This document shows positions 48,894-60,280 of a stretch of 64,000 nt of DNA, one piece after another. The stretch spans positions 46,251-110,250 of the forward strand of contig CBEUCJ010000005.1 of the NCBI GenBank assembly GCA_965541615.1, written 5' to 3'. Both the position numbers and the translations under genes were made by a program. The stretch is from an uncultured bacterium. GTDB lineage: Bacteria; Omnitrophota; Gorgyraeia; Duberdicusellales; CBEUCJ01. Positions within the stretch are counted from its first letter, which is position 1, and each line of letters begins with the position of its first letter. The notes under the pieces were generated by a model. The model had not been told where the DNA came from. It saw only the letters and a program-made list of their open reading frames with translations, and did no database searches.

Positions 48894-51533
48894 ATGAATT
48901 ATAAATTCTTAAAAGAAGCTGAATTTGAGTATAAAGATCCTTTCCCTTATTTTTACTTTCCTTTATGCAATGAAAAAGGATTAAAATCATGCATTACTCC
49001 TTTTCTTAGAGGAGACGTAAAGTTAGACCAAAAAAGATTTATAACTCCTCCTCAAACGAGATGGGATATCCAAACGAGTTTAGTATCTAGGAAAATATTC
49101 TTGTACCTTGATGGTAAAATTTTGAGTTTAAGTAAACTGCCTCCTCTACCCAAAGATGAAACTTTAAAAGTGGAAGCTGGTTTTCTTTACCATAAGATAG
49201 TAAGAGAATTTAAATCCCAAAATATTATCGTAGAAGTATTAAACTTTGTTCCTTTAGAAGATAACTTAGAAATAATGGTAGTAAATATAAAGAATGTTTC
49301 CCAAAAAACTCTTAAATTAGATGTACTAATAGGTGTTCCTCTTTATGGTAGGAGTGCAGATAATATTAGAGATCATCATCATGTAAGCTCTTTATTAAAC
49401 AGAATCTATAAATTTAAAAATTATGCAGTCTTAAAACCCACTTTAATTTTTGACGAAAGAGGACATAAACTTAATAAGACAGCTTACTTTGCTTTCTGTG
49501 TTTTTGAAAAAAAACAAAACCCAAAAATAACTTTAACTGCAGATGAATTTATAGGAGAAGGAAATTTGGAGGCACCTCAAATTTTATTAGAAAAAAATAT
49601 ATCTGAAGTAAATTATAAAGAAGGAAAAGAAGCATTCATTGGATTTAAAAAAAGCCTAAAATTACTCTGTAAGGAAAACAAATCTTTAATAACAGGTTTT
49701 GGAGCTCAAAACGATAAAAACAAAATTTCACAGATAATAAAAAAATATGATACTTTGGAAAAAATAAAAAAACACTTTGAGAAAACCAAAATATTTTGGA
49801 GAAAAAAGATCAACAGAATCTCTTTTTTTACAGGAGATCAAATTTTTGATAACTGGATAAAATGGGTACTTTTACAACCTATTTTAAGAAGAATTTATGG
49901 AAATTCTTTTTTACCTGATTTTGACTATGGAAGAGGAGGTAGAGGCTGGAGAGATTTATGGCAAGATCTTTTAACTTTGCTTTTTGTTGAACCTAAAAAA
50001 ACAAAATCACAAATAATTAATAACTTTAAAGGTGTCAGGATCGATGGAACTAATGCTACTATAATTACTTACGATGGAAATTTTATAGCTGACAGGAATA
50101 ACATCCCTAGAGTATGGTCAGATCATGGAGTGTGGCCTTTTTTCACTACAAATCTTTATATAAACTTTACAGGAGATATAGGGATTTTATTCAAAGAAGT
50201 AACTTACTGGCGTGATCATTTATTATTAAGAGCTAAAGAAACCGATTCTTATCAAAATATCCCAAAAAATAACTTATTAAAGACTTCTAAAGGTAAAATT
50301 TACAAAGGGACTATTTTAGAACATATTTTAGTGCAAAATTTAGTTTCATTTTTCAATGTTGGTCCTCACAATAACATAAAATTAGAAAATGCAGATTGGA
50401 ATGATGCTTTAGACTGCGCTCCTGATCTTGGAGAGAGTGTTGCTTTTACTCATTTTTATGCTTATAACTTAAAAGAATTAGCAAATCTTTTAAAGAAAGT
50501 TAAAGAAAATTTTGTAGAAATATTTGAAGAGCTCTTTCTGTTATTGGACACTTTAAATCATCCTTTAGATTACCAAAATCCACACAAGAAAAGAAAATTA
50601 TTAGAGGAATATTTGAATAGCACAAAGAGAGAGATCTCAGGCAAAAAAGTAAAGATTAAGACTGAAGATTTAATAAGAGATTTGGAAAGAAAAAGTAATT
50701 TCCTTTATTCTCATTTGAGAAACAAAGAATGGTTAGATTTTGGAGAATTTGGTTTTTTTAATGGATATTATGATAATAAATCTCAAAGAGTAGAAGGTGT
50801 TTTTGGTGATAAAGTAAAAATGACTTTAACAGGTCAAGTATTTGCCATAATGAGCAGAGTAGCTGATCCTGAAATGGTTAAAAAGATAATTAAAGCTGTT
50901 AAAATGTTTTTGTATGATAAAGAACTTAAAGGTTTTAGGCTAAATACAGATTTTAAAGAAATAAATTTGAATTTAGGAAGAGCTTTTGGATTTAGTTTTG
51001 GAGATAAAGAAAATGGAGCTTTCTTTTCTCATATGAATACTATGTTTAGTTATGCTTTATATGAACAAAATTTTATTAAGGAAGGATGGGGGGTATTAAA
51101 ATCTTTGTTTAAAATGGCTATTAGCAATAGAAATAAATCTTATCCTCTTTTACCTGAGTATTTTAACTCTGAGGGGCAAGGTTTATATTGGTATTTAACA
51201 GGATCTGCTAGTTGGTATATTTTTACTCTTTTAACTCAAGTTTTTGGAGTAAAAGGTGAATTTGGAGATTTAGTTTTAGAACCTAAATTTACTAAAGAAA
51301 ATTTTAAATCCTCTGAATTTTTAAGTTGTGAATTTAATTTCTGTGGCAAAAGAATCAAAGTAATTTATAATTTAAAGAAAGAAGATAAATCTAGGTACAA
51401 AATAGATTCAATAAAGATTGGAAATCATACTTACAAAGAGATTCAAAAAACAGCTTTTAGAGTAAAAATACCTAAAACTCTTTTAGAAAAATTTCCTTCT
51501 TATAAAATAAATATCTGCATAAATTTAATTTGA
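48894..51533 (+). CDS. Large (alpha/alpha)6-barrel glycoside phosphorylase/hydrolase-like protein (GH94/GH65-like?)
   Basis: 879 aa. An N-terminal beta-rich region is followed by a helical region with RGGRGWRDLWQD and NADWNDALD motifs, reminiscent of the catalytic Asp box of cellobiose/chitobiose phosphorylases. Confidence 0.3.
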   Translation: MNYKFLKEAEFEYKDPFPYFYFPLCNEKGLKSCITPFLRGDVKLDQKRFITPPQTRWDIQTSLVSRKIFLYLDGKILSLSKLPPLPKDETLKVEAGFLYHKIVREFKSQNIIVEVLNFVPLEDNLEIMVVNIKNVSQKTLKLDVLIGVPLYGRSADNIRDHHHVSSLLNRIYKFKNYAVLKPTLIFDERGHKLNKTAYFAFCVFEKKQNPKITLTADEFIGEGNLEAPQILLEKNISEVNYKEGKEAFIGFKKSLKLLCKENKSLITGFGAQNDKNKISQIIKKYDTLEKIKKHFEKTKIFWRKKINRISFFTGDQIFDNWIKWVLLQPILRRIYGNSFLPDFDYGRGGRGWRDLWQDLLTLLFVEPKKTKSQIINNFKGVRIDGTNATIITYDGNFIADRNNIPRVWSDHGVWPFFTTNLYINFTGDIGILFKEVTYWRDHLLLRAKETDSYQNIPKNNLLKTSKGKIYKGTILEHILVQNLVSFFNVGPHNNIKLENADWNDALDCAPDLGESVAFTHFYAYNLKELANLLKKVKENFVEIFEELFLLLDTLNHPLDYQNPHKKRKLLEEYLNSTKREISGKKVKIKTEDLIRDLERKSNFLYSHLRNKEWLDFGEFGFFNGYYDNKSQRVEGVFGDKVKMTLTGQVFAIMSRVADPEMVKKIIKAVKMFLYDKELKGFRLNTDFKEINLNLGRAFGFSFGDKENGAFFSHMNTMFSYALYEQNFIKEGWGVLKSLFKMAISNRNKSYPLLPEYFNSEGQGLYWYLTGSASWYIFTLLTQVFGVKGEFGDLVLEPKFTKENFKSSEFLSCEFNFCGKRIKVIYNLKKEDKSRYKIDSIKIGNHTYKEIQKTAFRVKIPKTLLEKFPSYKINICINLI

Positions 51534-52154
51534 TTCTAAAAATTTTTTTAAGTCACCAGGTAAATCAGATTCTATTTTAATTTGTTTTTTTGTAACAGGA
51601 TGCCTAAATTCTATAGATTTTGCATGTAAGCACACTCTTTTAAATTTTAATTCAAAATCTTTTCTAAAACTAAATTTTGATTCTCCTACCAAAGGATGTC
51701 CTATCATTTTAAAGTGCCTTCTTATCTGATTCTTTCTACCAGTAAGTGTTCTTACTTCTACCACAGTAAAATTTTTTCTTCTTTCTAAAACTCTATAAAA
51801 AGTTAAAGCTGATTTATTATCTAACTTAAAATTTATTTTACCTTTATCTTGTTTTAAAACTCCTTGAACAAAAGCTATATAGACTTTTTTAACTTTTCTT
51901 CTTTGAAATTCTTTAGCTACTTTTTTTTGAATATCTTTACCTTTAGCATAAATTAAAACACCTGAAACTTCTTTATCTAGTCTATGGCAGGGATAAAACT
52001 TATAGTCAGAATTCTTGGGTCTGTATTCTTTATTCAAAATGTCTGTAAGAGTAGTCTCTTTTGAAGAGATAGGGGTTACTAAAAGATTTGGAGGTTTGTC
52101 TATTACTAAAAGATAATTATCTTCGTAAAGTATTCTAAACTCTTTCTTCTTCAA
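51525..52154 (-). CDS. Pseudouridine synthase, RluA family
   Basis: HRLDKEVSGVLIYAKGKD gives the catalytic Asp motif. Confidence 0.65.
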   Translation of the reverse strand: MKKKEFRILYEDNYLLVIDKPPNLLVTPISSKETTLTDILNKEYRPKNSDYKFYPCHRLDKEVSGVLIYAKGKDIQKKVAKEFQRRKVKKVYIAFVQGVLKQDKGKINFKLDNKSALTFYRVLERRKNFTVVEVRTLTGRKNQIRRHFKMIGHPLVGESKFSFRKDFELKFKRVCLHAKSIEFRHPVTKKQIKIESDLPGDLKKFLESN

Positions 52155-52155
52155 T

Positions 52156-53508
52156 TTAGATTTTTAAAATGAAACTAGCTATCTCAAAATATATAGCTAT
52201 TCCTATTATATCTATCAAAGTGGCTATCAAAGGAGAGGACATTAAAGCAGGATCTAGTTTCAGTCTTCTGAATAATAAAGGTAATAAAGCTCCGATCACT
52301 GTAGCAAATATAATAGTTACGCACATACTCACACCTACACTCACACTTAAGAGCCAATCTCCTCTTTGTAACAAAGCTCTCAGTAAACCAAATATTCCCA
52401 TTATTATTCCAATCAAAAAACCCATTCCAGCTTCCCTGATAATTACTTTTAAAAAATCTCTTAATTCTAAATCACCTGTAGCTAAACCTCTTATTATCAT
52501 GGTAGCAGATTGAGTACCTGCATTTCCTCCTGTAGCTATCAAGACAGGTAGAAAAAAGGTTAAAGAGACCATTCTTTTAATAGAGGTCGAATATCCTTGA
52601 AGAATGAAACCTGATAAAGATTCTAAGACTAACAACACAAATAACCAAAATGTTCTCTTCCAAGTGATCTCAAAGAATCCTGCTTCTAAATAAGGCTTTT
52701 CTACAGGGACTACCGCAGCTATCTTTTCAAAGTCTTCAGTAGCTTCTTCTTCCAAAACATCTACCAAATCATCAAAAGTTATTATCCCTAAAAGTTTATT
52801 CTCTTTATCTACAACAGGTAGAGCTATTAAATCATAATCTTTAAAAATTTTGGCAGCTTCTTCTTTATCAGTCAATACTCCCACTTTTATAACATTTTTG
52901 TCCATAATCTCTCTTACCTTTATTTCAGGAGAAGCTAAAACCAAATCTTTTAAAGATACAGCTCCTATTAATCTCTTATCTTTATCTAAAACATAACACT
53001 GATAAATAGTCTCTTTTTTTACTCCTACTCTTCTTATATGTTCTAAAGCTTCTTTTACAGACCAATCTTCTTGAAGTTGAATGAAATCAGGATTTAATAA
53101 TCTTCCTACAGAATTTTCAGGATAGTTAAGCAATTCAATAGCTCTTTTGCGTTCCTGAGGAGACAATAAAAATAGTAATTTTTTTACTAATTCGGCTGGC
53201 ATATCTTCAAAGAGATATGTTCTCTCATCTGGAGACATCTCATCTAAAATCTTTTTTGCTTCTTGACTCGACATAGATTTTAGCAATTTCTCTTGAATCT
53301 CATGCGAAAGGTATTCAAAGACTTCTGTAGAAAGAGTAGGGTTCAATAACCTGAAAAGTAAAATCTGTAAAGCAGGTTTATCTAATTCTTCTATGATTTT
53401 AGATATATCTTCTGGATGGAGAGAATTTAAGATCTGTTTTAACTCTTCAAACTTTTTTTCTTTTAAAAGAATTTTTATCTTTAAAAATAAATCTTTGTAA
53501 CCTTGCAT
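52156..53508 (-). CDS. mgtE: Magnesium transporter MgtE
   Basis: MgtE_N helical domain, tandem CBS, and a 5-TM C-terminal domain with ...GNAGTQSATM... Confidence 0.8.
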   Translation of the reverse strand: MQGYKDLFLKIKILLKEKKFEELKQILNSLHPEDISKIIEELDKPALQILLFRLLNPTLSTEVFEYLSHEIQEKLLKSMSSQEAKKILDEMSPDERTYLFEDMPAELVKKLLFLLSPQERKRAIELLNYPENSVGRLLNPDFIQLQEDWSVKEALEHIRRVGVKKETIYQCYVLDKDKRLIGAVSLKDLVLASPEIKVREIMDKNVIKVGVLTDKEEAAKIFKDYDLIALPVVDKENKLLGIITFDDLVDVLEEEATEDFEKIAAVVPVEKPYLEAGFFEITWKRTFWLFVLLVLESLSGFILQGYSTSIKRMVSLTFFLPVLIATGGNAGTQSATMIIRGLATGDLELRDFLKVIIREAGMGFLIGIIMGIFGLLRALLQRGDWLLSVSVGVSMCVTIIFATVIGALLPLLFRRLKLDPALMSSPLIATLIDIIGIAIYFEIASFILKI

Positions 53509-53551
53509 AGAATTTTTAGTTTATTTTAAATCTTTAATATTGTCAAAAATT

Positions 53552-54370
53552 TTATTTAGAACAGTAAAATCCTTGAGAAACAGAATTAAATCTTATTCTT
53601 TTAAAACCTGCTCTCTTCAAATTCTTTTCGATAGTCTTAGAAAAATCTTTACCTTTTGTCTTTTGAGGTAAAGGAGAATAATGATAAAGATCTCCACCTT
53701 TTTTTAATACTCTATAAAGTTCATTATAAAATTCAAGTGAGTAAAGAAGAGGAGCTAATTTGAAGGTAGGGGGATCATGGATTATACAATCAAAAAACTC
53801 ATTAGGAAATTTTTTTATCTCTTTAAAGACATCTGCTTTTTTAAAAATTATCTTCTCATTTTTAAATAGATTATCCTTAATGGGATTTAACTTAGCTAAG
53901 AAGACTACATTCTCATCTTCTTCAAATGTATAGACTTTTTCAGCATTTTGTGAAGCAAAGATAGCTGTGTAACCTAAACCACAGCACGTATCTAAAACTT
54001 TACCTCTGATCTTTAAGAACCTTATTTTATTATAAACATCTTTTAAAGGTGAAGATTCTTTTATCTTGTGCATAGGTACACTCCCTATACACAAAGTAGG
54101 AAGATCAGCTGTTGGAAGGAGTTTATAAAATCTATTTCTCTTTTTGGAAAAGAAAGCTACAGGAAGTAATTTATTTCTTTTTACCAAATAACAAAAATTT
54201 TCTTTTACTTTTTCTTTTAAAGGGATCTTGCATTTATTTATTAAAAAATAATCGTCTGATATTTTAACTTCTGCTTCCTTTAGTCCAAAATCTAACTTTA
54301 TCTTTAATTTCTTTAAACCTTCCTTTTTTGCTTTTAGTAAAGTGTCCCATTCTGATTTAGTAATTAACAT
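53552..54370 (-). CDS. Class I SAM-dependent methyltransferase (DPPxF-type, probable RNA methyltransferase)
   Basis: VLDTCCGLGYTAIFAS (motif I) and IIHDPPTF (motif IV), with an N-terminal ~110-aa extra domain. Confidence 0.5.
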   Translation of the reverse strand: MLITKSEWDTLLKAKKEGLKKLKIKLDFGLKEAEVKISDDYFLINKCKIPLKEKVKENFCYLVKRNKLLPVAFFSKKRNRFYKLLPTADLPTLCIGSVPMHKIKESSPLKDVYNKIRFLKIRGKVLDTCCGLGYTAIFASQNAEKVYTFEEDENVVFLAKLNPIKDNLFKNEKIIFKKADVFKEIKKFPNEFFDCIIHDPPTFKLAPLLYSLEFYNELYRVLKKGGDLYHYSPLPQKTKGKDFSKTIEKNLKRAGFKRIRFNSVSQGFYCSK

Positions 54371-54825
54371 TCTTCATATTTTTTAAATATCTCTATTATT
54401 TCTTCCTTAGTCTCAGCTTTTAAAAGTCTTTCTCTGAAATCCTCTTTCCTTAATAGCCTTGAAAGATGAGCTAAAGTTTTTAGATAATTTTCCACATCGT
54501 CTTTGGGAGTACCTAATAAAAAAATGAGTTTGACAGGCTCTGAATCTATACTTTCAAAATCTACTCCTCTTTGAGATCTTCCAAAACATACTACAAATTT
54601 ATTAAGATAACTACTCCTTGCATGAGGGAGTGCTACTCCTTGACCAATACCTGTAGAACCTAATTTTTCTCTTTCAAAGACTTCTTCTACAAATTTATTA
54701 AAATCGGTTATCTCTGGACTCCCTTTTAAAAGTTCACACAATTCTCTTATTGCTTCCTCTTTCTTTTTAGACTTTAATTCTAAAATGATCCTTTCATCTT
54801 TAAGATACTCACTTATCTTATACAT
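54364..54825 (-). CDS. ptsN: PTS EIIA-2 (fructose/Ntr-type) regulatory protein
   Basis: GIGQGVALPHARS gives the active-site His; 153 aa. Confidence 0.6.
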   Translation of the reverse strand: MYKISEYLKDERIILELKSKKKEEAIRELCELLKGSPEITDFNKFVEEVFEREKLGSTGIGQGVALPHARSSYLNKFVVCFGRSQRGVDFESIDSEPVKLIFLLGTPKDDVENYLKTLAHLSRLLRKEDFRERLLKAETKEEIIEIFKKYEEC

Positions 54826-54896
54826 AGCTCCTAACCCCTCCTTTTGTTAAATTTTAAAGATTATACTTCTATAAAAATCCTTTTCAAGCATAAAAT

Positions 54897-55319
54897 CTAA
54901 ATAAGGAGTATAGAGCAATCTAATTTTTTTAAAATATCTTCTATTATCTTAGTATAGTAATGAAAGACTGAACCTGTATATTTGGGTAAGATTATAATAT
55001 CTGCGCCGAATTTTTTGTATGCTTTCAAAATCTCAGATTCTAAAATCCCTTCCTCTTGAACTAACAAAATCTTAACACCTTTTTCTTTTGCTAAATCCTC
55101 TAAATGATATAAATATTTCCAGCCATCTTCTTCTAAATCTACTAAGACTTCAGCTTCTCTTTTTTGAAGTTCTTTAGTTAAATTCCTAACGATATTCAGA
55201 TCTATCACATTGAAAGCGATAATCTCTGAATTTAAGGATTTTGCTAACTCCACAACTTTTTCTAAAATCTCTGGAGATTCTTTTGCTCCCCAGATTAAAA
55301 ATAACAATTTTTTGAACAT
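54897..55319 (-). CDS. Universal stress protein (UspA)-like
   Basis: 140 aa alpha/beta protein with ...IIAFNVID...GADIIILP... pattern. Confidence 0.35.
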   Translation of the reverse strand: MFKKLLFLIWGAKESPEILEKVVELAKSLNSEIIAFNVIDLNIVRNLTKELQKREAEVLVDLEEDGWKYLYHLEDLAKEKGVKILLVQEEGILESEILKAYKKFGADIIILPKYTGSVFHYYTKIIEDILKKLDCSILLI

Positions 55320-55320
55320 C

Positions 55321-55938
55321 TTACCTCCTTTTTGTCTTTATCAATTTACTTCTGAAAAAATTTTCCTTCTCATTTTCTTCTAAAACCTCTTCTATAAACT
55401 TTATTCTACTTTTAAATTCAGGGATAAATATATTCTCTAAAGCTTTCAATCTTTTTTGAGTTTTTAAAAGTTCATTTGCTACTCTAAATAAAGAAAAATT
55501 TAACTCTACATAATTTAAAAGTAATGGTAAAAGCTCTGAAAGACTATCGATAAACTCATCGAATTCTTTACAGCTGAATAAAGGCGAGCAAAAATTAATT
55601 TTAAAATCCTCTTTTATAACAAAATGAGGAATATGCACTCCCATTATACTTTTCTCTATAGAGGTTATTTGGGGAGGAGTAACTTTTAAAAACTTAAGGA
55701 ACTTTAACTTTTCATTTCCTATCTTCTTTTTTAAGACCTCATATTTTTTGTATATATTTTCTAAGAATTCTTCTACTCTGCTTTTTATCTCTTTTATTTC
55801 AAAACCTATCTTTAAGAGTTCTCTTGTTAAAACTTCTCTTTTTCTATCTAAGAGTTTTACTCCCTCTTGAGCTAACTTTAACTCCTCTTTTAATCTTAAA
55901 AGATTTATTTTGGTGGGCAAAAATCTATATTCATTCAT
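55321..55938 (-). CDS. ntpD: V-type ATPase subunit D
   Basis: [31 protein letters not shown] is the subunit D signature. Confidence 0.8.
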   Translation of the reverse strand: MNEYRFLPTKINLLRLKEELKLAQEGVKLLDRKREVLTRELLKIGFEIKEIKSRVEEFLENIYKKYEVLKKKIGNEKLKFLKFLKVTPPQITSIEKSIMGVHIPHFVIKEDFKINFCSPLFSCKEFDEFIDSLSELLPLLLNYVELNFSLFRVANELLKTQKRLKALENIFIPEFKSRIKFIEEVLEENEKENFFRSKLIKTKRR

Positions 55939-57311
55939 ATCTTAGAATAGTACTTTTCAATCTCTTCAGGAGTTACTCTGTTCAATTCTTGGACAGGTAA
56001 AACTCTCAGAGTCTTCCATCCTATATTCAAAGTATCTTGAATACTTCTTTCTTCATTGAATCCTTGGTTAATAAATTCATTTTCAAATACTCTACCAAAT
56101 TCCAAATAGGATTTATCTAAAGGAGTTAAGTCTTCTTCACCTATTATAGAAGCTAAATTTTCTATATTCTTTGCTTGAGAATAAGCATAGTACAACTGAG
56201 AAGCTAAATGTAAATGATCTGAACGTGTTTTACCATTTCCTACACCATCTTTCATTAATCTGGAAAGAGAAAATAAGATATCTATTGGTGGGTATATCCC
56301 TTTTTGATGAAGACTTAAAGACAAGACTATCTGACCTTCTGTAATGTAACCTGTTAAATCTGGTATGGGATGAGTAATATCTAAATTAGGCATAGTTAAA
56401 ATTGGGATTTGAGTAATAGAACCTCTCTTTCCTTTAATTCTGCCTGTCCTTTCATAGATAGAAGCTAAATCTGTATACATGTATCCTGGATAACCTTTTC
56501 TTGAAGGGATCTCTTCTTTAAATGAAGCTATCTCTCTTAATGCTTGACAGTAATTAGTCATATCTGTAAGAATAACTAAAACATGATAGTCTTTTTCAAA
56601 AGCTAAATATTCTGCCAAAGTTAAAGCTAATCTTGGGGTTAAAATTCTTTCTTCAGGTGGAGATTCAACTAAATTTAAAAACAAAACACTTCTTAAAGCT
56701 TGCCCTGAAGACTTAAAATTTTCTATAAAAAATTGAGCCTCTTCTTTTTTTAAACCAATCCCTGCTAAAATCACACAAAATTTCTCACTCGTTTTTAACA
56801 CTTTGGCTTGCCTTAAAATCTGAGCAGCTAACTTATTGTGAGGAAGACCTGCACCTGAAAATATCCCTATTTTTTGTCCTCTGATAATAGAATTGAGACC
56901 ATCTATAGCTGAAATTCCTGTTTGAATAAATTCTGAAGGATATTCTCTTGCGCAAGGATTTATAGGCAAACCATTAATATCTCTCTTTTCTTTTGTATAG
57001 ACAGGAGGTGCCCCATCAATAGGTGTACCTTTTCCATCGAAGATCCTACCTAACATTTCTTCTGAAACCCCTAATAAAAAAGGTCTTCCTAAAAATTTTA
57101 TTCTTGTATTCTCTAAAGATAGTGAATGAGTAGGTCCAAATACCTGAATAAGAACGAAATCTTTTGTAATCTTTAAAACTCTGCCTGTCTGAATGTTACC
57201 TGAATTATCTTTAATCTCAACTATCTCACCTAAACTTATATCTTGAGAAGTCTCTAAAACTATTATAGGACCATAAATTTTACTAACACCTATGAATTCT
57301 TTCTCACTCAT
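55935..57311 (-). CDS. ntpB: V-type ATPase subunit B
   Basis: 458-aa non-catalytic nucleotide-binding subunit (…[15 protein letters not shown]…). Confidence 0.9.
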   Translation of the reverse strand: MSEKEFIGVSKIYGPIIVLETSQDISLGEIVEIKDNSGNIQTGRVLKITKDFVLIQVFGPTHSLSLENTRIKFLGRPFLLGVSEEMLGRIFDGKGTPIDGAPPVYTKEKRDINGLPINPCAREYPSEFIQTGISAIDGLNSIIRGQKIGIFSGAGLPHNKLAAQILRQAKVLKTSEKFCVILAGIGLKKEEAQFFIENFKSSGQALRSVLFLNLVESPPEERILTPRLALTLAEYLAFEKDYHVLVILTDMTNYCQALREIASFKEEIPSRKGYPGYMYTDLASIYERTGRIKGKRGSITQIPILTMPNLDITHPIPDLTGYITEGQIVLSLSLHQKGIYPPIDILFSLSRLMKDGVGNGKTRSDHLHLASQLYYAYSQAKNIENLASIIGEEDLTPLDKSYLEFGRVFENEFINQGFNEERSIQDTLNIGWKTLRVLPVQELNRVTPEEIEKYYSKI

Positions 57312-59058
57312 ATTCTCTTTCTAAATAGCTGAGTTGAGTATCTATTGCTCGTCTTAAATCTTTAAATCTATCTAAATCTTTATCAGTAATCTCTATTTTG
57401 GCTCTTAAAAGTTCATTTACTACAGGAATTTTGATTATCTTAGAGACAGGAATTTTCTTCTTCAATAATTTTTGGGCTCTTTCATAAAAATATATTAAAG
57501 TGTGCATTAATTCTAACTGCTTTTGAGGTGAACAAAAATTATCTCTTTCTTCAAAAGCTAATTGTTGTAAAAAACCTTCTTTTATCAACTTAGCACTAAA
57601 TAACAAGAGTTTTTGTGGATCAGGCAGAGCTTCTGTACCTATCAATCTTACTATTTTTTGAAGATTCTCATCTTCTTTTAGTATTCTCATAGCTTTCTTT
57701 CTCAACTCTGACCATTTTATACCTTCAGATTGAGCATCCCACCATTCAGATAACTTTTCAATAAATTCTGAATAACTTTGAATCCAACTAATTGCAGGGA
57801 AATGTCTTTGAGAAGCTAATTCTTTATCTAAAATCCATAAAGTATTAACTAACTGCTTAGAATAGACAGTAACTGGTTCTGAAAAATCACCTCCTGGAGG
57901 AGAGACTGCTCCCACAACGGTTACAGAACCTTCTCTGGATTCAGTAACTTTACATCTTCCTGCTCTTTCATAAAATTCAGCTAATCTTGAAGCTAAATAC
58001 GCAGGATAACCTTCTTCAGCAGGTATCTCTTCTAATCTTGCTGAAATTTCTCTTAGAGCTTCAGCCCATCTTGAAGTGGAATCTGCCATTAAAGCTACAT
58101 TGTAACCTTGATCTCTAAAATACTCTGCAATGGTAATACCTGTATAGATTGAAGCTTCACGGGCTGTTACTGGCATATTAGAGGTGTTAGCTATTAAGAT
58201 AGTTCTTTCTAATAGAGGTCTTTTAGTCTTAGGGTCTTTTAATACAGGAAAATCTTTTAAAACTTGAGTCATCTCATTGCCCCTTTCACCACATCCTATA
58301 TAGATTATAATATCTACATCTGAAAACTTAGCTAATTGATGTTGTAAAACAGTCTTTCCTGTTCCAAAACCTCCTGGAATTATAGCTCTACCACCTTTTG
58401 CTAAAGGGAAAAAGAAATCCAAAACTCTTTGACCAGTTATTAAAGGTTCAGAAGCTGGTAAATATCTTAAAACAGGTCTCTTTTTTCTAACTGGCCATTT
58501 TGTATACATTTTTACCTCATAGATCTTATCTTCATCTTGAATTTTACAGATCGTCTCTGAAATTTTATATTCTCCTTCTCTGGCTATTTCTATCACTCTC
58601 CCTTTCATTTTAAGAGGGACCATAATCTTGTGGGTAATCAAAAAAGTTTCAGGGACTTCTCCTATGATATCTAATTCTTTTAAATAATCTCCTGGCTTTA
58701 CTTTTGGAATAAACCTCCATTTTCTTTCTTTGTTTAAAGTCTCAAAGGTAAACCCTTTTTTTATAAAATATGATTCTTTTAAAAACTCCTGTAAAGGTCT
58801 TCCTAATCCATCTAAAACCTTACCTATTAAACCTGGTCCTAATTCTATAGATAAAAACTCTCCTGAAGGTTTCACCTCATCACCTATCTTTAAACCTGTT
58901 GTATCTTCATACACTTGAATAGTAGCTATCTCTTTGTTTAAACTAATTATCTCACCTATCAGATTTTCTTTGCCTACATAGACTAACTCTCCTATAAAAG
59001 AGTTCTTTAAACCTTTAGCTTTAACTACTAAACCCCAAGCTTCTATAACTTCAGGCAT
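57304..59058 (-). CDS. ntpA: V-type ATPase catalytic subunit A
   Basis: 584 aa with Walker [13 protein letters not shown] and the non-homologous insert typical of A subunits; no intein. Confidence 0.9.
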   Translation of the reverse strand: MPEVIEAWGLVVKAKGLKNSFIGELVYVGKENLIGEIISLNKEIATIQVYEDTTGLKIGDEVKPSGEFLSIELGPGLIGKVLDGLGRPLQEFLKESYFIKKGFTFETLNKERKWRFIPKVKPGDYLKELDIIGEVPETFLITHKIMVPLKMKGRVIEIAREGEYKISETICKIQDEDKIYEVKMYTKWPVRKKRPVLRYLPASEPLITGQRVLDFFFPLAKGGRAIIPGGFGTGKTVLQHQLAKFSDVDIIIYIGCGERGNEMTQVLKDFPVLKDPKTKRPLLERTILIANTSNMPVTAREASIYTGITIAEYFRDQGYNVALMADSTSRWAEALREISARLEEIPAEEGYPAYLASRLAEFYERAGRCKVTESREGSVTVVGAVSPPGGDFSEPVTVYSKQLVNTLWILDKELASQRHFPAISWIQSYSEFIEKLSEWWDAQSEGIKWSELRKKAMRILKEDENLQKIVRLIGTEALPDPQKLLLFSAKLIKEGFLQQLAFEERDNFCSPQKQLELMHTLIYFYERAQKLLKKKIPVSKIIKIPVVNELLRAKIEITDKDLDRFKDLRRAIDTQLSYLEREYE

Positions 59059-59632
59059 TTTCTAAAATCTCTAAAATCTCTACCTTTAACTCTTCTTTGA
59101 ATCTGTTTAGTCTTTCTTCAAAAGAATTGTTAAATAATTTTTCTTTGTTTTCTGAAAAGATTATGACTCCTCCCAGGATATTCTGAAATTCTATATTTAT
59201 TACCTCTATACCTTGTGCTTTAAGATCTTTTACTATTTGAGATAAAATTTTTTCAGAATCTTTATTAACTCTGAGTATTATCCTTTTAGCATTCAAGTTC
59301 TGACATCCTTGGAGGATTAAATTTTTAAAAGAAATCTCTAAATCCTCTTTTTCAATATTACTTAATTCTTCTTCTACTTCTTTAAAGACAGCTTCTATTA
59401 ATTCATCTTTTGCTTTTAATTCTTTTAACTTAAACTCTAATTCTATTTCTGAAAATGCGCTTTGCTTTTTCTCCTCAATAAATTTATCTATTTTCTCTTT
59501 TTCTTTAGTTAACTCTGCTTCTTTTTTCTTGTTAGCCAAAATCAACTCACGCTCTGCTATTTTGTGAGCTCTTCTAATTATTCTTTCTATTTCTCTTTCT
59601 GTCCTTTTTTTAATCTCCTCTTTAATATTCAT
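59051..59632 (-). CDS. ntpE: V-type ATPase subunit E
   Basis: 193-aa charged coiled-coil N-terminus and globular C-terminus; position between F and A. Confidence 0.6.
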   Translation of the reverse strand: MNIKEEIKKRTEREIERIIRRAHKIAERELILANKKKEAELTKEKEKIDKFIEEKKQSAFSEIELEFKLKELKAKDELIEAVFKEVEEELSNIEKEDLEISFKNLILQGCQNLNAKRIILRVNKDSEKILSQIVKDLKAQGIEVINIEFQNILGGVIIFSENKEKLFNNSFEERLNRFKEELKVEILEILENA

Positions 59633-59928
59633 AATTTTACTCCTGAAATTAGACTTAATATTTTTCTCACTTCAAATACTTGTTTTTCTCTGTAGTGAGG
59701 AGAAGGAACTTCCAAAATCACTGCCTTTTTGCTTTTCAATTTAATCTCTTGAACTTTATTTGGTATTTCTTTATAGATCTTTTGAGAAAGGAGTACCAAA
59801 CATTCACTCTCACTCATCTTTTCTAAGAATTTAAGGACTTCTTGGGGAGATTCACTACAAAATACATCTATACCTAAAAATTCAAATACCTCGCAGAACT
59901 CTTTTTCTCCAACGACTTTTATCTCCAT
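59629..59928 (-). CDS. ntpG: V-type ATPase subunit F
   Basis: 99 aa, MEIKVVGEKEFCEVFEFLGIDVF... (KIAVIGD.DTV.GF.LAG-like). Confidence 0.6.
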   Translation of the reverse strand: MEIKVVGEKEFCEVFEFLGIDVFCSESPQEVLKFLEKMSESECLVLLSQKIYKEIPNKVQEIKLKSKKAVILEVPSPHYREKQVFEVRKILSLISGVKL

Positions 59929-59929
59929 T

Positions 59930-60280
59930 TTAAATTTTCCCTAAGATCATAATAGAGACTATTAATCCATATATAGCTATACCTTCTGCTAATCCTACAT
60001 ATATAAGAGACCTTCCCATCAATTCTGGTCTTTCAGCTACAGCTCCCATAGCAGCAGAACCTACAACAGAGACTGCGATTCCAGCTCCTATACAAGAAAG
60101 TCCTACAGAGATTGAAGCTGCCAAAAATCCCCATCCAGCTATTTTAGCTTTATATTGGATTTGAGATTCTTGAGCAAAAGAGTTTTGTAGGGTGATTAAA
60201 AACACTCCTATTATTAAAAAAACGACTGCCAAACCTAATAAAATAAAATTAAACTTTCGCAGATATTTTTTAAATTTCAT
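59930..60280 (-). CDS. ntpK: V-type ATPase proteolipid subunit K (c), single hairpin with an N-terminal hydrophobic extension
   Basis: GIAVSVVGSAAMGAVAERPEL (helix 1) and YVGLAEGIAIYGLIVSIM (helix 2, with the carboxylate Glu). An extra N-terminal TM/signal-like segment precedes them. Confidence 0.7.
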   Translation of the reverse strand: MKFKKYLRKFNFILLGLAVVFLIIGVFLITLQNSFAQESQIQYKAKIAGWGFLAASISVGLSCIGAGIAVSVVGSAAMGAVAERPELMGRSLIYVGLAEGIAIYGLIVSIMILGKI

